Source: Utricularia gibba (taxonomy: Eukaryota > Plantae > Magnoliophyta). Taken from it: 64,000 bases of DNA. Positions 36,454 to 50,865 of this stretch are shown piece by piece. A program made the translations under genes and the position numbers. The stretch lies in contig NEEC01000011.1 in NCBI GenBank assembly GCA_002189035.1, positions 186,001 through 250,000 on the forward strand, given 5' to 3'. The notes under the pieces were generated by a model. The model saw only the letters and a list, made by a program, of their open reading frames with translations. It did no database searches and was not told where the DNA came from. Position 1 is the first letter of the stretch, and each line of letters starts with the position of its first letter.

Positions 36454-38811
36454 TTTTGCATGTTGCTTCCTCAACAAATTTTAATTTAGAAAAACATAAA
36501 ACACAATAAAGCGTAGTACGAGTATTGATCTCAAGGAGTTGAGTTTTGTGAAAAGTGTTTTACAATAAACTTTTAAAAATTGTTGCGGGTTTATAAAAGG
36601 GTGTTTTTGAAACACAGAAATAAAAGATACAACACAAGTAATGAACCTTGACTAAGGGTTGCAATTCCTGAGAATTGGATTCCATTTCCTCCTTTTGTCT
36701 ATCCTTGCCTCGGCTTTCATTAATTACTTCTGAATAGTCTACTTTCTAATGCACTCTGATCGACAAGGAGACATGGGAATAGCCTCATATGATTCCCTCT
36801 TAGATAATTCAGAAGACAAGAGGATTGTCATCCATTGCCTTCAAAATCGAATTATGCGCGTTTATCTAGCTGTTGCCAATGACCAATGACAGGTATGAGG
36901 TCACTACCTATCCACTGTCGTGGTACCTCGATCACAAACCATTCGCTACGCCTCTCGAACTATTAGGGATGGAGATGGTGTTCTTCACCTTGCTCTGCAT
37001 CAAAATCCGTAAGGAAGGGTCTGCTACTCATTGACCATGACTAGATGATGTTATAGAACGACTGCAACAAGAGGCATAGAAGTATGCAAAATCTGGAATG
37101 AATTTAGCAAAGAACCGAGATTGATGCTCAACACTTAGAAGGAAACTTCATTTATTCCCCGAAACTAAAAGGGTTTAACCACGAATGGCCATGAAAACAG
37201 AAAAAAAAAGGAAAGCTAAGGTGTTCTTCTTTCGTGGAGAGCAAGAACCAAAAGTTCAAGTGATAAACGAAAAATTCACACGTCGTAAATGTAAATCTCT
37301 CCTATCAAATAAATTTATAACCTAATACACATTCTACCATAAAACAATTATGAGCATAGTGATTAGGGTCGAACACGAAGAGCAGGTGCTTGCTATGTGA
37401 AAGTTGATGCATGAAATTAGTGTCACGTTGGTAAAATTGGTCTTAGCTAGGACTAAGGCAGAACTACGATGGAATGCAATAAAGAAAAATAACAAGTTTT
37501 GGGATTCGATAGTTTCTGGAATGAAATGAGTGATGCCTTGGGACTCTTAGAGAATGTATGCCTATCACTAAACAAGCTCACATAAATCATAAATCATACA
37601 ACTAACTCACAAGATCTAGGTCTACCCGAATTCTTGTTTTTCCCCATAATCTTTGGTCTACCTCTAATTAGGGTTGTTAAGTTGGGTTTCACTACTTCAC
37701 CCTCTAAGTGCTTAGTCACTCATGCTTAAGGTAAACAAAAGTTGAAAAGAAAACATCACCCACAGTGTGCTCATTTCACACTCGAATACCAGAAAGCAAA
37801 CAAGCGAAAAATGTGAAATGTCAACAGAAACTAGAAACGTCGCTAGCTACTCTTAACTAGGAGTAATAATTGTTAGAAAAGAGAAAATAATGTTCAAGCA
37901 TGAGCTTAGTTCCTGTTTGTCTTCCTCCTTCTTCCTCCCCAGAAAAACCTTCTTCAAATAGCTGTTCGTGAGTCTCCAATGGGGAGATCTGTCTTCTCTC
38001 TCATCTTCCCTCCCTTTTTATCCAAAATCTCACTTTTTCATCTCCTTGGAATTTGTGTGTACTCTTTTTCAGACTTCTGCCACCTTCTCTGTCACTACAC
38101 TGTTCATATTCGGCTTCTTGGGATTTGTGTTGCGACCTGTGCTGCATTGCTCGAAGGAAACTATTAGAAGATTGGGACTAAATCACAGATTTAGTCCCAA
38201 CTAAGACTAAATTGGCACTACTACGATACTTATGTGCAAAAATATAGAACTAGGCAATAAAGCTTAATTTTTGTAGCACAAAATGAGTAAATTCCATGTA
38301 TTGAGTCACTCAAAAATATGTGTTATCATCAAGTCTCAAAACAAAGTACAAAAAAGTCTGAAAGATTGTTCCCAAAATGTTCTAAGTTGGTTTTAATTCA
38401 CTCCCCACATGCATTTAGGGTTTAAGGTTTAACTTTCTTTTTCCCCTCCCATCATTCTTTCTGTCTTGCATGTGCCACCGGCTTTCCCATGCATGCAAGT
38501 AAGTGCCCAATTGTTGCTACAAACTCTAACATGTAAGTCAAGGGTCCTAACTAATGTCAGTCTTCTGCCCACCAAAGTCATGTCAAAGGCACCAAACGTC
38601 AGTATCTAGTCTTCTACAACACTCCAAGCCTGCTTCTTGACATTTTGGGTGAAAGTGCACGAAAAAAGACAAAAAAATATGTGAAAAATACAAAAATAGG
38701 ATTTTTCTGAAAAAATAGAATACTTATCAATATAAATCCTAAATTGGACGACTTAACAATTAATTAGCACGTAATAATACATAATAAATAATTAGAAAAT
38801 GACACTTAACA
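36454..38811 (-). mobile_element. Solo LTR (family B1) in the PIF subterminal region, with nested family E LTR
   Basis: cccat/cccac TSD (4/5). Net length about 1285 bp, matching 43637-44925. Confidence 0.8.
37261..38328 (-). mobile_element. Solo LTR (family E) nested in family B1
   Basis: Perfect TCAAG TSD; the empty site is visible at about 8655 in the other B1 copy. Confidence 0.9.
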
Positions 38812-39479
38812 CCCACGATCCAAACACGAATAATCTTCTAAACCCATCAAATCCATTTATCTAAACTTAAATAAACTAAACCCGGGTTTAAGTGTTACCC
38901 AACAGCCAAACATGGCCTTAGGGTTGTGACTCACTTATTTGCTATATGGCTTTGTCTTCTCTATCTATTAAGGAATGAACTCTATTTTCTATTACTGACA
39001 TTGGGACTATTGATCATATGCTCTATTTATGTTTCAATTCACCTTAATGCAATGGAGAATGAGATAGAACTCAAACATCCTCAAATATGAAAGCCCTATT
39101 GCTACTTATCTTTGGAGGTTTACTTATTAGAAATTCTCAATCTCAAATTCATGATCAAAAGGATGTCTCAAGGCTCCTTAGTTGAGAGGTTGAAAGACAA
39201 ATACATTTGAAGGCAATAGTTATACCTACTAACCTTCATGCAAGGCTTTCAAATAAAATCATTCAATAGATTATCCATAATCTCTTTCAATAGTTGGTTG
39301 CAAGACATCTTCTCCTTCAATCTAAACCTCGTACTTGCTCAACAGACTGTTTGAATGCTGAAATATTGTTTGGGTGTCATGCTGGAACTCTTCTTCATCT
39401 CTGTAGTTTGCTGGAAAATGCAGTTCTTCTACTAGCACTACTGTTGAGTGTCATTTTCTTACTAATCTTTCGATCATTT

Positions 39480-40788
39480 TAGATGTTTAAATGTAATTAG
39501 GATTGTCCTATTGTAGGTTTATAATATAAGTTTTAGGTTTTATCTAGATTAGGATAATTATTTTAATTGATGTGTTTTATCTAATATTTTTTTGTCTAAT
39601 TTTGTTTAAGTTTTATTAGGGGTGAATACGTGGTCAAAATTGTGAGAAAGATAGCATCACATGGCGACAAAATAGATATTCCTGAAGTGATATTTCCTTG
39701 ATTTCCGGAAGACTCTAGACATCTAATGATGAGCCTTGACATGAGGTACACGAGAGTCTCAAACAGAAGACATCACTAGCGTACTAGTGTCTGAGCAAGA
39801 GCTTTCTCGCAAGTCACTCCAATCCATAACAAGATTATGAACACATAAAAACTCAGACAGAGTAGTTCAATTTGAGTTTAGACTTTCATTCTAGTTTCAG
39901 CTTTAGTTTAGACTTTAGTTTGTCTGTTTAGAGGATTTTTCCTCTAGCTTCTCTCTAGAAATTGTTTTCGTTTTCCTACTTTGTATGACCATTAATGGCT
40001 AGAAACTCTTGATTCTGTATGGGGACACTTCTAGTTCTACGTTTTGCAAGTTATTCTCCATTTCTTCTTTGAATCTGATAGGGTTTTATATATCTACGTA
40101 CGATTATGTTACAGTCTTTCTATAACACCCCCTTATTCAAGATTCATAGTTAGATGATAACTACCTATAAGTTTTGAAAAGGAGCAAGGTGGAAAGCACC
40201 TCATGCCCTATTGATTCGAGGGAGACAATGTTTTGTCGTGGCTGTACTTCAATATCAATGAACCGATAGTGACCTTGTATTTAAACTCATTGGGCCATTG
40301 GTAACACTCGAGCACATGCACACAATTTGACAGTGAGGGTATGATGTGATGACCTCTTATCTTCCCGTTCATCCATGGGGGAGCAACATCGGGTATTCTC
40401 GCGCCTCCTTGCAAAAGAGTGTAAGTAAGAGTTAGCAATTCCTTCATCCTATTACTGAGTACTTAAGAAGATCAAAAAATAGTAGAAATGCGACAAAAGT
40501 ACTTGGATAGGATTCCAATCTCAAGAACATTCTCTTTATTTAAGGTTTATCGCTTAAGTTCCTTTCATTTCAATTGTTTGTTGACAATTTGCTTTCCCAA
40601 GCTTCATTATTTACGTTTCTAACATCTTTTATTTCAAAAACCTGTTTACAAATCGTAACAGTTGAATTCGATGTAACTTCACCTTTCATTGGAAAAGCAA
40701 CTCCATGTGTTCAACACCTGTACTATGCATTTTGTTTTTTACGAGTTTTAAATATATTTAAAATTTGTTATGAAAACAACATGCATCA
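39480..40788 (+). mobile_element. Family B2 LTR, 5' end unclear
   Basis: Collinear with 32665-33632 plus an extra middle segment; ends ACATGCATCA. Confidence 0.7.
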
Positions 40789-41975
40789 ACCATTCATCTA
40801 CTCCCAAAAGCCTTAGGAAATTCTCCTACTCTTCTATGCAGATCTCAATTGCACTTCTAGATGTTGAAGATTAGTTCAAGTGTCACACTTGAAGTTCTTT
40901 TCCTTCGTCATCTTCCTCCCAAAGTTGTTGGAAAATTCCTCTTCTCCAAGACCAGCTCTCCTTTTTGTCTCTAGAGCTTCCCTCCAGAATCATCTATCTT
41001 TTCTTTTGATTTTTATTCATGTACCCTACAATTAGATCATGCCAATCCGTCCCATATCCTAAAAATCAGAGTTGTCAACATCCTATTTTTCGGCTGCAGT
41101 AGACTTGTAATTCTGCTTTTGGGGCTGCAATAGATCTTTTTTTTTTCTTTTTCTGTGAATTGGTTTGAAAATATCCTTTCTTCTTAATTAAGCTTCTCTT
41201 GCAGACCTATAATTCCACTTTTTCCCTGTTCTAAAAAAGTCTTCTAGAGTGTGAGTTCATACAGCCCAACCAAAGAGGTTGGACCCATATAGACCTTGAG
41301 GAACAATAGGCCCACATTAGCATCAGATTAAAGGGAAATTGGGTCTATTCAAGTTTAATTCATGCAAAGATGAAGTCAATATTCTTTGGGTATTTCACCT
41401 CTAATTTCATGCATTTATGCATATTTCTTACCGATATCTAATCATAAAAACATCAAAATAAAACACACCATTAGTTGACAAGGTTTGAACACATGAAGAA
41501 CCTGATGGAAAACAAGCAACTAACCCTATTGGGTTTAAGGAGGTTACCCTTTGGAAAACTAGGAGAATAACGCTCATTAGCATAGAACCTCAATAATAGC
41601 TCATTGTTATCATTTATACTTTGAACTCATCTTCCATAATGTTTTTTAAAAGTTTCAACCTAAAAAAGGAAGTCATACAATGAAAAACTACATTGTTGTT
41701 GTCAAGGAAAAACTACATTTTATTTTTACCTTGTATTCCTTCAAGTTTCACTCGTAGACTGACTATTAAGCTAAGCTTTGCCCTATATACCTTGAAGAGG
41801 GGACACTAAACACGACACCATTGAATTTGTTGAGGATCCATGTTGACATGACTTCTTCTCAACTACCCAACAATAGGTATTCAACATCGCCCATTGTCCA
41901 ACAGTTGATAACCCAGGTTGGTGCTAGGTTAGAACACCATGTAGTGACCAGTAAGCATATGTAGCATATTGTAAA

Positions 41976-43513
41976 TGTTAGGTTTCTCGTAGACATCGTA
42001 TGTCTCAAAAGTAGCGGAATTTTAAAAATTTTCAGAAACCCCCAACGCAGATCTTGGAATACGGTATACATCAGACTAAGGGATGCTGAAATACCTTTCA
42101 GATGACTCCGTTGTTCACCAGCCGCCAATAGGAGACGGCCTCTATGGTATCCACACGTGGAGCACTCCGTCGATAACCTTCTCAAGGCTCTTCAATGCTG
42201 GTCGAATTTTTCAAGTGCTAGTAGAGAAAAACGCCTCCTTGTGGATCAGTCTCAGAAAGCATGAAGACCTTCTTGGAGCAGATCTCAAGATCTAAATCTT
42301 TTTCGATAGATATATGGTAACATATCAAATCATATCTCCGTAAAGATTTTATCTTGTGGAGATATGTATATGTTCCAAATCTTATCTATATATGATCTTT
42401 TATTTTGAGTTTAATCAATATTTAATCTCAAAATAACTCTCAATTTAATTTATCCACTTTACATCGTTCAATATTTATCTTGTACTCTCAATTCAATTAC
42501 ATCTCATGTAATTGTGTCATTCTATTTTATATCGTTGAGTGACTCCACTATTGTGTGTCACCCTATAGGCTTCTTCAATCAAGGCCGTAATAATGGATTT
42601 ATTAATTAACTCTTAATTAATCAAATCCATCATTATCGATCATGAGTGATGTCTAGCAACATATCATGATCCCTAAGATGTAAGAATAATCAGGTGAACT
42701 GATTGAGCCTTTCCATGACCAGCCACCATGCAATGAACAGCTTTCATCATACTTATATCTCATTCGATACTAGAGCATGGGTGTGTGTCTTTCTGATGTA
42801 TCGAACTTATAATTGCATTCAAGCACTAACACTCAATGACCTACTCAAACAATTCGAGTGTCATTACCCTGAGCCCAGGACTTACTGTTAGGCTTTGATG
42901 CAATTACTTGAGATATGATCTCATCGCTAACATGAGTGATGAATCCTTTATTGATCAATCAACTATCTCCAACCTTATGGAGTCACATCCCTACTCATCC
43001 ATACTAGGCAAGCCATGGTTAGACTCCCACTAGCAATGAGCGAAAATGTGAGCTTAAGATTAAGATAACTTTGTTGACCTCAAGTCTAAGCTTACTTGCA
43101 CGGCTGTCATATTCGAGATCTTGCTACTGACACTTGGTTAGCTTCTCATAGTAGCATCTCGAAGATGAGTCATCTAGTGAATCGATTCTCTAATCGACAC
43201 CCACACATAGGTTCTAGTAATCTCATTACGTCAATTGTGAGAACCATTGTATAAACAGTTTAGGGAACTCAATGTGTGCCAGCTTATCCGTATTTGTGAT
43301 ATGCTTATTTCACAAACACTCTAGCCAGAGAGTTTTTTAACTTGAACATAAATGCTTGAAGAATCTCACATTATGATCTTATCATAATTTCTATAGCACA
43401 TAGATCAAGTAGAGGATTTTATCAATGATATAAATTTGATCACAATTCAAAGTAAATATCAAAAGATAAGATTTTCCAATGAGTTGATTGTCTCTAGAAC
43501 ACATACACTAACA
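41976..43513 (-). mobile_element. Copia Angela-like solo LTR
   Basis: TGTTAGG...CACTAACA with a perfect GTAAA TSD. Confidence 0.92.
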
Positions 43514-43518
43514 GTAAA

Positions 43519-44925
43519 TACCTGATGTAGGATGAATGTGCCTTAGTAATGCATCATGACTTAGGTTCTTCCCCTTTTGGTGGATTGTTATGATTTTCAT
43601 ACTTGAGGACAAGCATGATTTAAGTATGGGGGAATATGTTAAGTATCATTTTCTAGTTGTTTATTAAGTATTATTATGTGTTAATCTAGTGTTAGGTCAC
43701 CCAATTTAGGATTCATATTGATAAATATTCTATTTCCTTAGAAAAATCTTATTTTCTATTTTGTATATATTTTCTTTGTTTTTTTCGTGCACTTTGACCA
43801 AAACATGTTAGGAGGTAGATGTGAAGTGTTGCAGGAGTATTGCAGGAGATCAGACACTGGCATATCGTGCCTTGCACGCAACATGGAACAATTGTGGGTA
43901 GAAGACTGACACTAGTCAAGTCCCTTGACTTATGGCATGTCAGAGTCTGTAGCAATGATTGGGTGGTAACTTGCACGCAAGGAAAAGTTGGTGACACATG
44001 CAAGACAGAAGGAATGATGGGAAGAGGATCAAAAGGAGTTAATGCATGTGGGGAGTGAGATAAAACCAACTTGGAATACTTATTTTCGAAGTTTTGACAT
44101 TTTCTCTAGATTGAGAACTTTTAGGGTTCTTTCAGTACTCCAAGGAAGAAAACTTTAGCTTTCCAATTTCATTTATGTTTTCATGGTCCTTTGTGGCTAA
44201 ACTTCTTTAGTTTTTGGGAATAGATAAAGTTTCCTTCTAAATCTTGAGCACTAAACTCAATTCATCTCTGAATTCACTCCAAATCTTGCATACTTCCATG
44301 CGTCTTGTTCAGTCTTTCTGTAATGACTCCTAGTCACTATTCATGAGTAGCCGTCAACTTCTTGTGGATCTTGATGAAGAGTAAGGTGAAAAGAACCAAC
44401 TTCAACCCTACCAGTTCGAGGGAAGTAGCGAATTGTTTGTGACCGAGGTACTGCGACATTGAACAGGTAGTGACCTTGTAATTGCCACTGGGCACACGCG
44501 CACAATTCGGTTTTGAAGGCAAATGACGACAATCCTCTTGTCTTCTGAATCATCCAAGGGGGAATCACATGAGGCCATTCCCATGCCTCCTTGTCAATGA
44601 GAGTGTAAGGGAAAGTAGGCTATTCCTTGCTCCTATAACTAGCTATTCGGAAGGAATTAGTGAAAATCGAGACAAGCATAGACAAAAGGAGGAAACAGAG
44701 TCCATTTTCAAGGACTACATCCCCTAGTCAAGGTCCATTACTTGGGTTATAACATTTATTCTTGTACCTCAAAAACCCACTTTTACAAATCCGTGACAAT
44801 TTGTGAAAATTTTCTACAAAACACTTTTCGTAAAACTCAACTCTCTAAGATCGATACTCGTACTACGCTCTTTTATGTTCTACATTTTATATATTTAAAA
44901 TTTATTGAGGAAATGACACACGACA
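43519..44925 (+). mobile_element. Athila-like 3' end: PPT plus family B1 3' LTR (43637-44925)
   Basis: gaggacaagc..aagtatgggggaata immediately precedes TGTTAAG; LTR ends GACACACGACA. Confidence 0.8.
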
Positions 44926-45559
44926 AAGGGTCTGAATGATGGAGCTTGAAATCAGAGCGTGCCATGTGACAATAATTACAAGGAAGTTGTATGTGTTCCA
45001 GATGGGAAGTAGAGTACCAAATTGGTTTTCGCTATCCGAAATCGGTTGGGAAGAGGAAAGCGGCTCCTTCCAATCTGCAACATACGGATGGGGTAACAAA
45101 GATCAGAGTAGGATAATGTTGGCCGTTTCAACAAAGCTTGAAAAGTAGCCGAATTGTAGGAGCCTTAGAGCATCCGACAGTTATGTGCCAGTAGGACCAC
45201 ATGTGCAATCACCAGGTATAGAAAGCAATTGACATCCATAGTATTCGGTCAGGAGAACATCTCCTATAAATTAGGGAATATTCAAAGAAAAAAGGATTGA
45301 ACTCTCGACACACCATTTTTGTATCCCTTCAACCCTTCTCTCTAGTGAAATCCATTTCTCTAGTGAGCTTCCCCAGCTCCGTAGTTTTTTCATCCCAATA
45401 TTTTCCATGTAAAAATCTTTTTCTTTCGTTTCTTTCACCCTAACAGCAACCCACAAGCAAAAAGTCATAAATTGACTACGAACAAATCAGCTTCTTAACT
45501 CGAAAACTGATTCTCTTCGATAAAACTGATTTTTTATCTCAACAAAGTGGATGAAGAAG

Positions 45560-46110
45560 CATGTTTGATACCCGAGTTGGATGTTGAGAGGACTTTAGAT
45601 GAAGTGAGAGTTATGGATGTCACTAGCGAGAAGAGGAAGGAAGTGAAGCTGCTCCCAAAATACTTGAAGTACATATTTTTTTGAGAGAGAATGTAATAGT
45701 TTTCTTGTTATTATTAGTGCAGATGTCACTCCGAAGTAGGCCAAAAAGCTCTCAAAGGTTGAAAAGAAAGATAGGAAAGCTATTGGTTGGACTCAAGGAC
45801 ATCCGAGGAATTTGCTCATTAATTTGCATGCATCAAATTCTCCTAGAGGATGATGCCAAGCCAATCTGATAGCTCAAAGAAGATTAAATCCAACCTTGAT
45901 GGAAGTTGTGAAGAAAGAAATAGAGAAGCTATTGAATGAGGAGATAATTTATTCCATTTTGAATAGAAAATGGGTCAGCTCGATTCACGTGTTGCTGTAG
46001 AAGATAGGAATTACAGTTATCACAAACGCTAGGAGGAAACAAGTCATCATTCGAGTGAAAAATGGATGGACAGTTTGTATTGATTATTGAAAAATGAACG
46101 ATGTCATGAG
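45560..46110 (+). mobile_element. Ty3/gypsy (Athila-like) RT-proximal pol fragment
   Basis: KAIGWT.., QRRLNPTLMEVVKKEIEKLL..IIYSI..WVS.IH.., GWTVCIDY. Confidence 0.85.
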
Positions 46111-46345
46111 ATATTAACGTATCTTGTTTGGTCGCATGTTTTTTCTCTCTTGGTACAAAGTTTGTTCGATGTCTGGCAAGTACTAGAGCTTGGGATAACT
46201 TCAATTAATAAATTTGATATTACTTATCTACCCTTTGACATCTTGCCCAAATTCTTTCTAGGGTTCTTTAGTGTGTATTGTGCTGCTTCGATTGCAAATA
46301 CTTATGATTGTAACCTGTCAAGTCAATTCTCTCGCATAAGTATCC

Positions 46346-47529
46346 ATGATGAGTTCTATCATCGATAATAACAATGCTCAATCCAAATCACAGCGGGATT
46401 GGAATGCTGAAGAGGAATGTCTTCTGGTTGTGGTGTTCAATGAAATAATTGATAGTGGTTGGAAGAGGAAAAATGGCTTTTAGAATGGGTACTACGTTGC
46501 ACTACATAAGGCATTGAAGAAACATAAACCAGATGCTACTTTGATAGCAATCCCTCATATCTCATCGAAGGTTAAGATTTGGAAGAATGAATACTGTATG
46601 ATTATGGATGCACTCACATGATCTCAAACTAGCTAGAATAGCACCACTCAAATGATAGATGCCTCAAATGAGCTATGGGATGAATTGGTTAGTATGTTAA
46701 TGGGTGATATTATTATTAACTAGTTACATGAGTTCTTTATGCTTGGTGTTCTAAGAGCTTATATAATTTCTGGGAGATTGTCAATTGTTCTAATAATCCA
46801 ACAAAGTTTTGATGTGAATGTGATTATCATTGCTTATTAGGCTAACATCAAGGGATTGAAACAGTTGAGATATAGAGTGTGGCATTTTTTTAAGGATTGG
46901 ATTGATATTTTCGGTTCAGAAAGAGGTACTAGGAAGAATGAAGTAGCTCATGAAGAGACTTCTAACCATGCTTCAATTGTTGCTTATGATACTGAGTATA
47001 AATCAAATCCACCCAACATTGAACTAGGATCACCCCAAAGTCAAATTTCTGTTTTTGTAGCTGATTCAAAAACCACTAATGCATCTCATTGTGAAGGCAA
47101 ATCATCTATTAATGCTAACAATAGTGTGGGGCCCTAAAAGAAGAAAAGAATTAAAAGGCAAAGAGTTGATGATGTTGTTGTAGATCATGTAGGAGAGCTC
47201 AAGGAATTGTGAAAGGGCTCAGATGCTATGGCAAACATAATCAATAGAAACTTGTTGCCATAGCAGATGCTCACTTATCACAACAACATGAAGCGATGTC
47301 TCTGCTCCGTGGCATGAACTTGATGGGTCTTGAGTTATGTCTCATGCCTTGCCTTGATAGCTATGACTTATTTTGGATGTTGTTTTTAAATCAAGTTATC
47401 TCTTATTAGGAGGTGTGAAGACAAAGAGGATGTGCAGCTATTTTTATGTCTATCTATTGCAGAGCATAAGGCAATGATATGGCAAATAGAAGGTGATATC
47501 CCAAGTGATGAAGAAGATGGTCGACAATA
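46346..47529 (+). pseudogene. Second PIF/Harbinger ORF1 (Myb/SANT-like) remnant
   Basis: RDWNAEEECLL..GWKRKNGF*NGY..IPHISSKVKIWKNEY, an intron, then LRYRVWHFFKDWIDIFGSERGT. Confidence 0.85.
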
Positions 47530-48288
47530 GCTGGTATATTATCTTTCGTTGGACTCTAGTTCAATTTGCTATTTGTAACCAAATTGCAGTCAGTTTTTTG
47601 TTCAAGTTTCTTGGGGTAGATACATATAATCAAGCTGTAGCTAGCTTTTGTGGGATTCATTATCTGTAATCAGATTATGATTGTATTCTAACATATTTTT
47701 CAGGTATTTTTTTACTCTATATTTGGTTCTTTTTTTTATGTAAATAGCCTTAAATCCACAGCAAGGATTCCAGTGTTTGTGCACTATGCAGAACGCTACC
47801 CAAAACAAAAGTTGACAGAAAGTTAAAATATAATCTAGATTTTGGAGAACCATGTTTTGCAATTAATTCAGATGGTTCGTACACACCAATAGGTTCTTCA
47901 TGAATCTCTACAATGATATCATCACGCAAACCTAACATAGGCAAGTTCTCTGCAATCTGAAGATGTACTCGATGTTCAATATATGAACAAAGTGAGTTGA
48001 TCTCATTCATGTAACCGAAATAAATCGAGTAAACAAACAGTATGTTCTGCCAATTGTACATGAAGACAGGCAATATGATGATGACATTGTAATCCTTGTA
48101 AATTGCACATGAAGATAGATAGTATGTTTTGCAAATTAAATCGAGTAAACAGAGGTAGTGAATCAGCAAAGGAAATAGGGATTATACTTAATAGTAAAAA
48201 GTTGAAAGTTACTGATGTCTCAAAGAAAAAAACTGTCCTCATTTCAATAGAAAAATAAAGTCCACAAACTTAGACAAATTGTCTTATG

Positions 48289-49000
48289 TTACAACACAAA
48301 ATGCAATCTATTGCTATAGTCATTCCACATATTAGCAGCAAGTTCATCCCACCAAGTGCACCATTGTTGTGATGTCTCCATAGTTATGCACTCATTGTTT
48401 CCTTGATTAGTTGCAACTTCACAAAAATTTTCCACGACCTCATTCTCCATATGGTGACACTCCACATTCATCCTTATGAACTCTGCAACAATGCACAAGC
48501 AAGGATGATGTAATTTTGTGTCAAATTGGATAGTGCGATGCTGATCGTAGTATTTTCTGTTCCATGTTCGCTCGATTACATTCCTTGTAGAGGCATGCCG
48601 CATGTTATATAACTCCCTCGCATTGTGAGGTGTAAATTACTCTATCCTCATTTTTTTAAGTGGCATCTGACGTTTCAATATAGAATGAGGAATTCTTGAC
48701 AATTAGTGTACCCATTATCACAAAGATAGTAACAACCTACAACCAAGCAAACGCACATCAACATACTATATAAAATTTTGCAGTAGTCATCACAATACTT
48801 AGATTACGAATCTCTATGCATTCAAAGACTACCAACTTCTTTCGACAAGGTGCTTTTTAATACTTTACTATCGGTTGTCGATCCTTTTTTATGGGGTACT
48901 CTCACTAGCAAGTATATAAATAAAATTCATATTTTGATTGCACACACCTAAAATGTTGAAAGTAATATATCATTCTTTTTTCGATGCTTAGTACTCTCAC
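48289..49000 (-). pseudogene. Second PIF/Harbinger transposase, C-terminal remnant
   Basis: YYLCDNGYTN, MRHASTRNVIERTW, WDELAANMWNDY. Convergent with the ORF1 at 46346; TIRs not found. Confidence 0.85.
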
Positions 49001-49569
49001 TAAGAGTATCTTTACTCATTTCCAACTGCTGATGTGGCATTTCCGAAAATGGGGTAAATGTTTTCAGAAATGATTAAACATGTTTCTCATTTTTTCAGGA
49101 AACAGAAATAAGTAAACCCTGTTTCCTTCCAGAAACGGTTTAAAATATAGTTTAGAATCTTTATTTTAATATTACGATTTCTGGAAATGAATATAAAAGG
49201 AAACTTAATATCTTAAGGAAATGTCATGTCAACATTTCAAAAAATTGGTAAAGATACTCTAACATACACCCTTGCCTCAATGTATGAACTATCTAAAACA
49301 TCTAAACAGTTCAACATCCAACACAAACACATGGGTGACTCAAATAGATACACTATAAAGTTAATAGAAAGAAAATACATTCAACAATTACCTCAAAGTA
49401 CTGGAATCTTGATGTGGCATTGCTACTTGTTATCGGTTCAACCTTTGCAAGCAATTTCTCTTGTATGTACAAAAAAGTAGCAAAGACAAACTTGAAGTGA
49501 TAGCTAATTGTCCATGTGGATCTCTAGAATGAATATTTTTGCACCCTTATTTTCTTATGATATGCTAGA

Positions 49570-50865
49570 TGATAACACACAATTTATTAGTGTTTTTAAG
49601 TATTTTAATTCTTATTTGAATATTTTGATAATTGTAGTATTATTTGTATTTTTATGCATAATATATACTAAATTAATGATTTAGTCTATATTATGATTTT
49701 TAATATTCTTCTAAGTGTTAATAATAGCATTATAGATCACATATATGTAGTTTGTATGCACAAGTCGATGGGCACAAAATATAAGGAGGAAACATAATTG
49801 ATATTCAGTTGCCTACAGTCTGTAGATTTAGACCAAGAGCAGTAATGATGTAAGTAATAGTGAAATATATTGAAAAATGAAAAAAATAAAGGTGGACAAA
49901 GCTATTTTGACAAGGAGAAAAGAATGAAATCAGACCCCAACAGTGGGAGGAAGGAGGCAATTGAGAAGAAATTTCAACCTAAAGCTCTCCAACACCGAAA
50001 CCAATTCCATGCTACTATTTCGAGCCAAAAATTGTAGCTAACGGAGAATCCATAATTGAACTTTACTTTCCTTTATATATTGTGAACGTTTTATGATTAT
50101 TGTTCCACTTTTGAATTTGTGACCATGAACATGCTTATATTTTCAGTTTATGAAGTAAGGATTCTACTTTTCATTATTAGTGGCTAGACTTTAGAGATGT
50201 CTTAAGGTATAAGGATTTGCTAGATAATTTACAATTATGTACATTAACAGTTCATTTTTTACATTCCTCGAGTAGACCTAAGGGAGGAAAGTGAACAATA
50301 TTGCAACTGAAATGTTTGATTTAGAGGTAAACCAACAAATTAAGACGTAGATAGTAGGTATTAATCTTTGGTAAAATCGAGTAGATCTAGTTTTACATAT
50401 TTTGTACATAGGTAGACCTAAGTGTAAAATGAGTAAGGATACTAAGGATTGTCCTAGCCAAAAATATGAAAAACGATATGGCTAGACTTAGATTGTTTAG
50501 TGTTTGCATATAAGCAAATTATATATTAGATTAGAAACTTGAATATCACATCAACTGAGTTACTTTGAGTCATTTTAGTATTATTTAGTGCATAAGTCTA
50601 GTATTTATTACTTTCTGTGTTGTGATTTGATTTTAATTATCGAGCTTAGATATCATAATTAGTTTGACCTTGAATTAAGAGTAAAATTTATTCTGAATTC
50701 TACATCTCGAAAAATGCATTGCATGCACCAGCTTCTTATAATCGACCCCAAAATCCACTATATGATTTATATTGAAATTTTATTTTATGAAGATTAGAGA
50801 TTATAAAATTATTTGACACGTAAATTTATTTTCTTTTGCAACAACACAAATATTTCCATTTATCA
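49570..50865 (+). mobile_element. Solo LTR (family A)
   Basis: TGATAACAC...TTTATCA with a perfect CTAGA TSD. Confidence 0.88.

Larger units (their letters stand above)
28638..38917 (+). mobile_element. PIF/Harbinger DNA transposon (10.3 kb including nested inserts and cargo)
   Basis: TTA TSD on both sides. TIRs GGCCACATTTGG and GGCCATGTTTGG (10/12 match). Convergent DDE transposase and Myb/SANT ORF inside. Confidence 0.85.
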
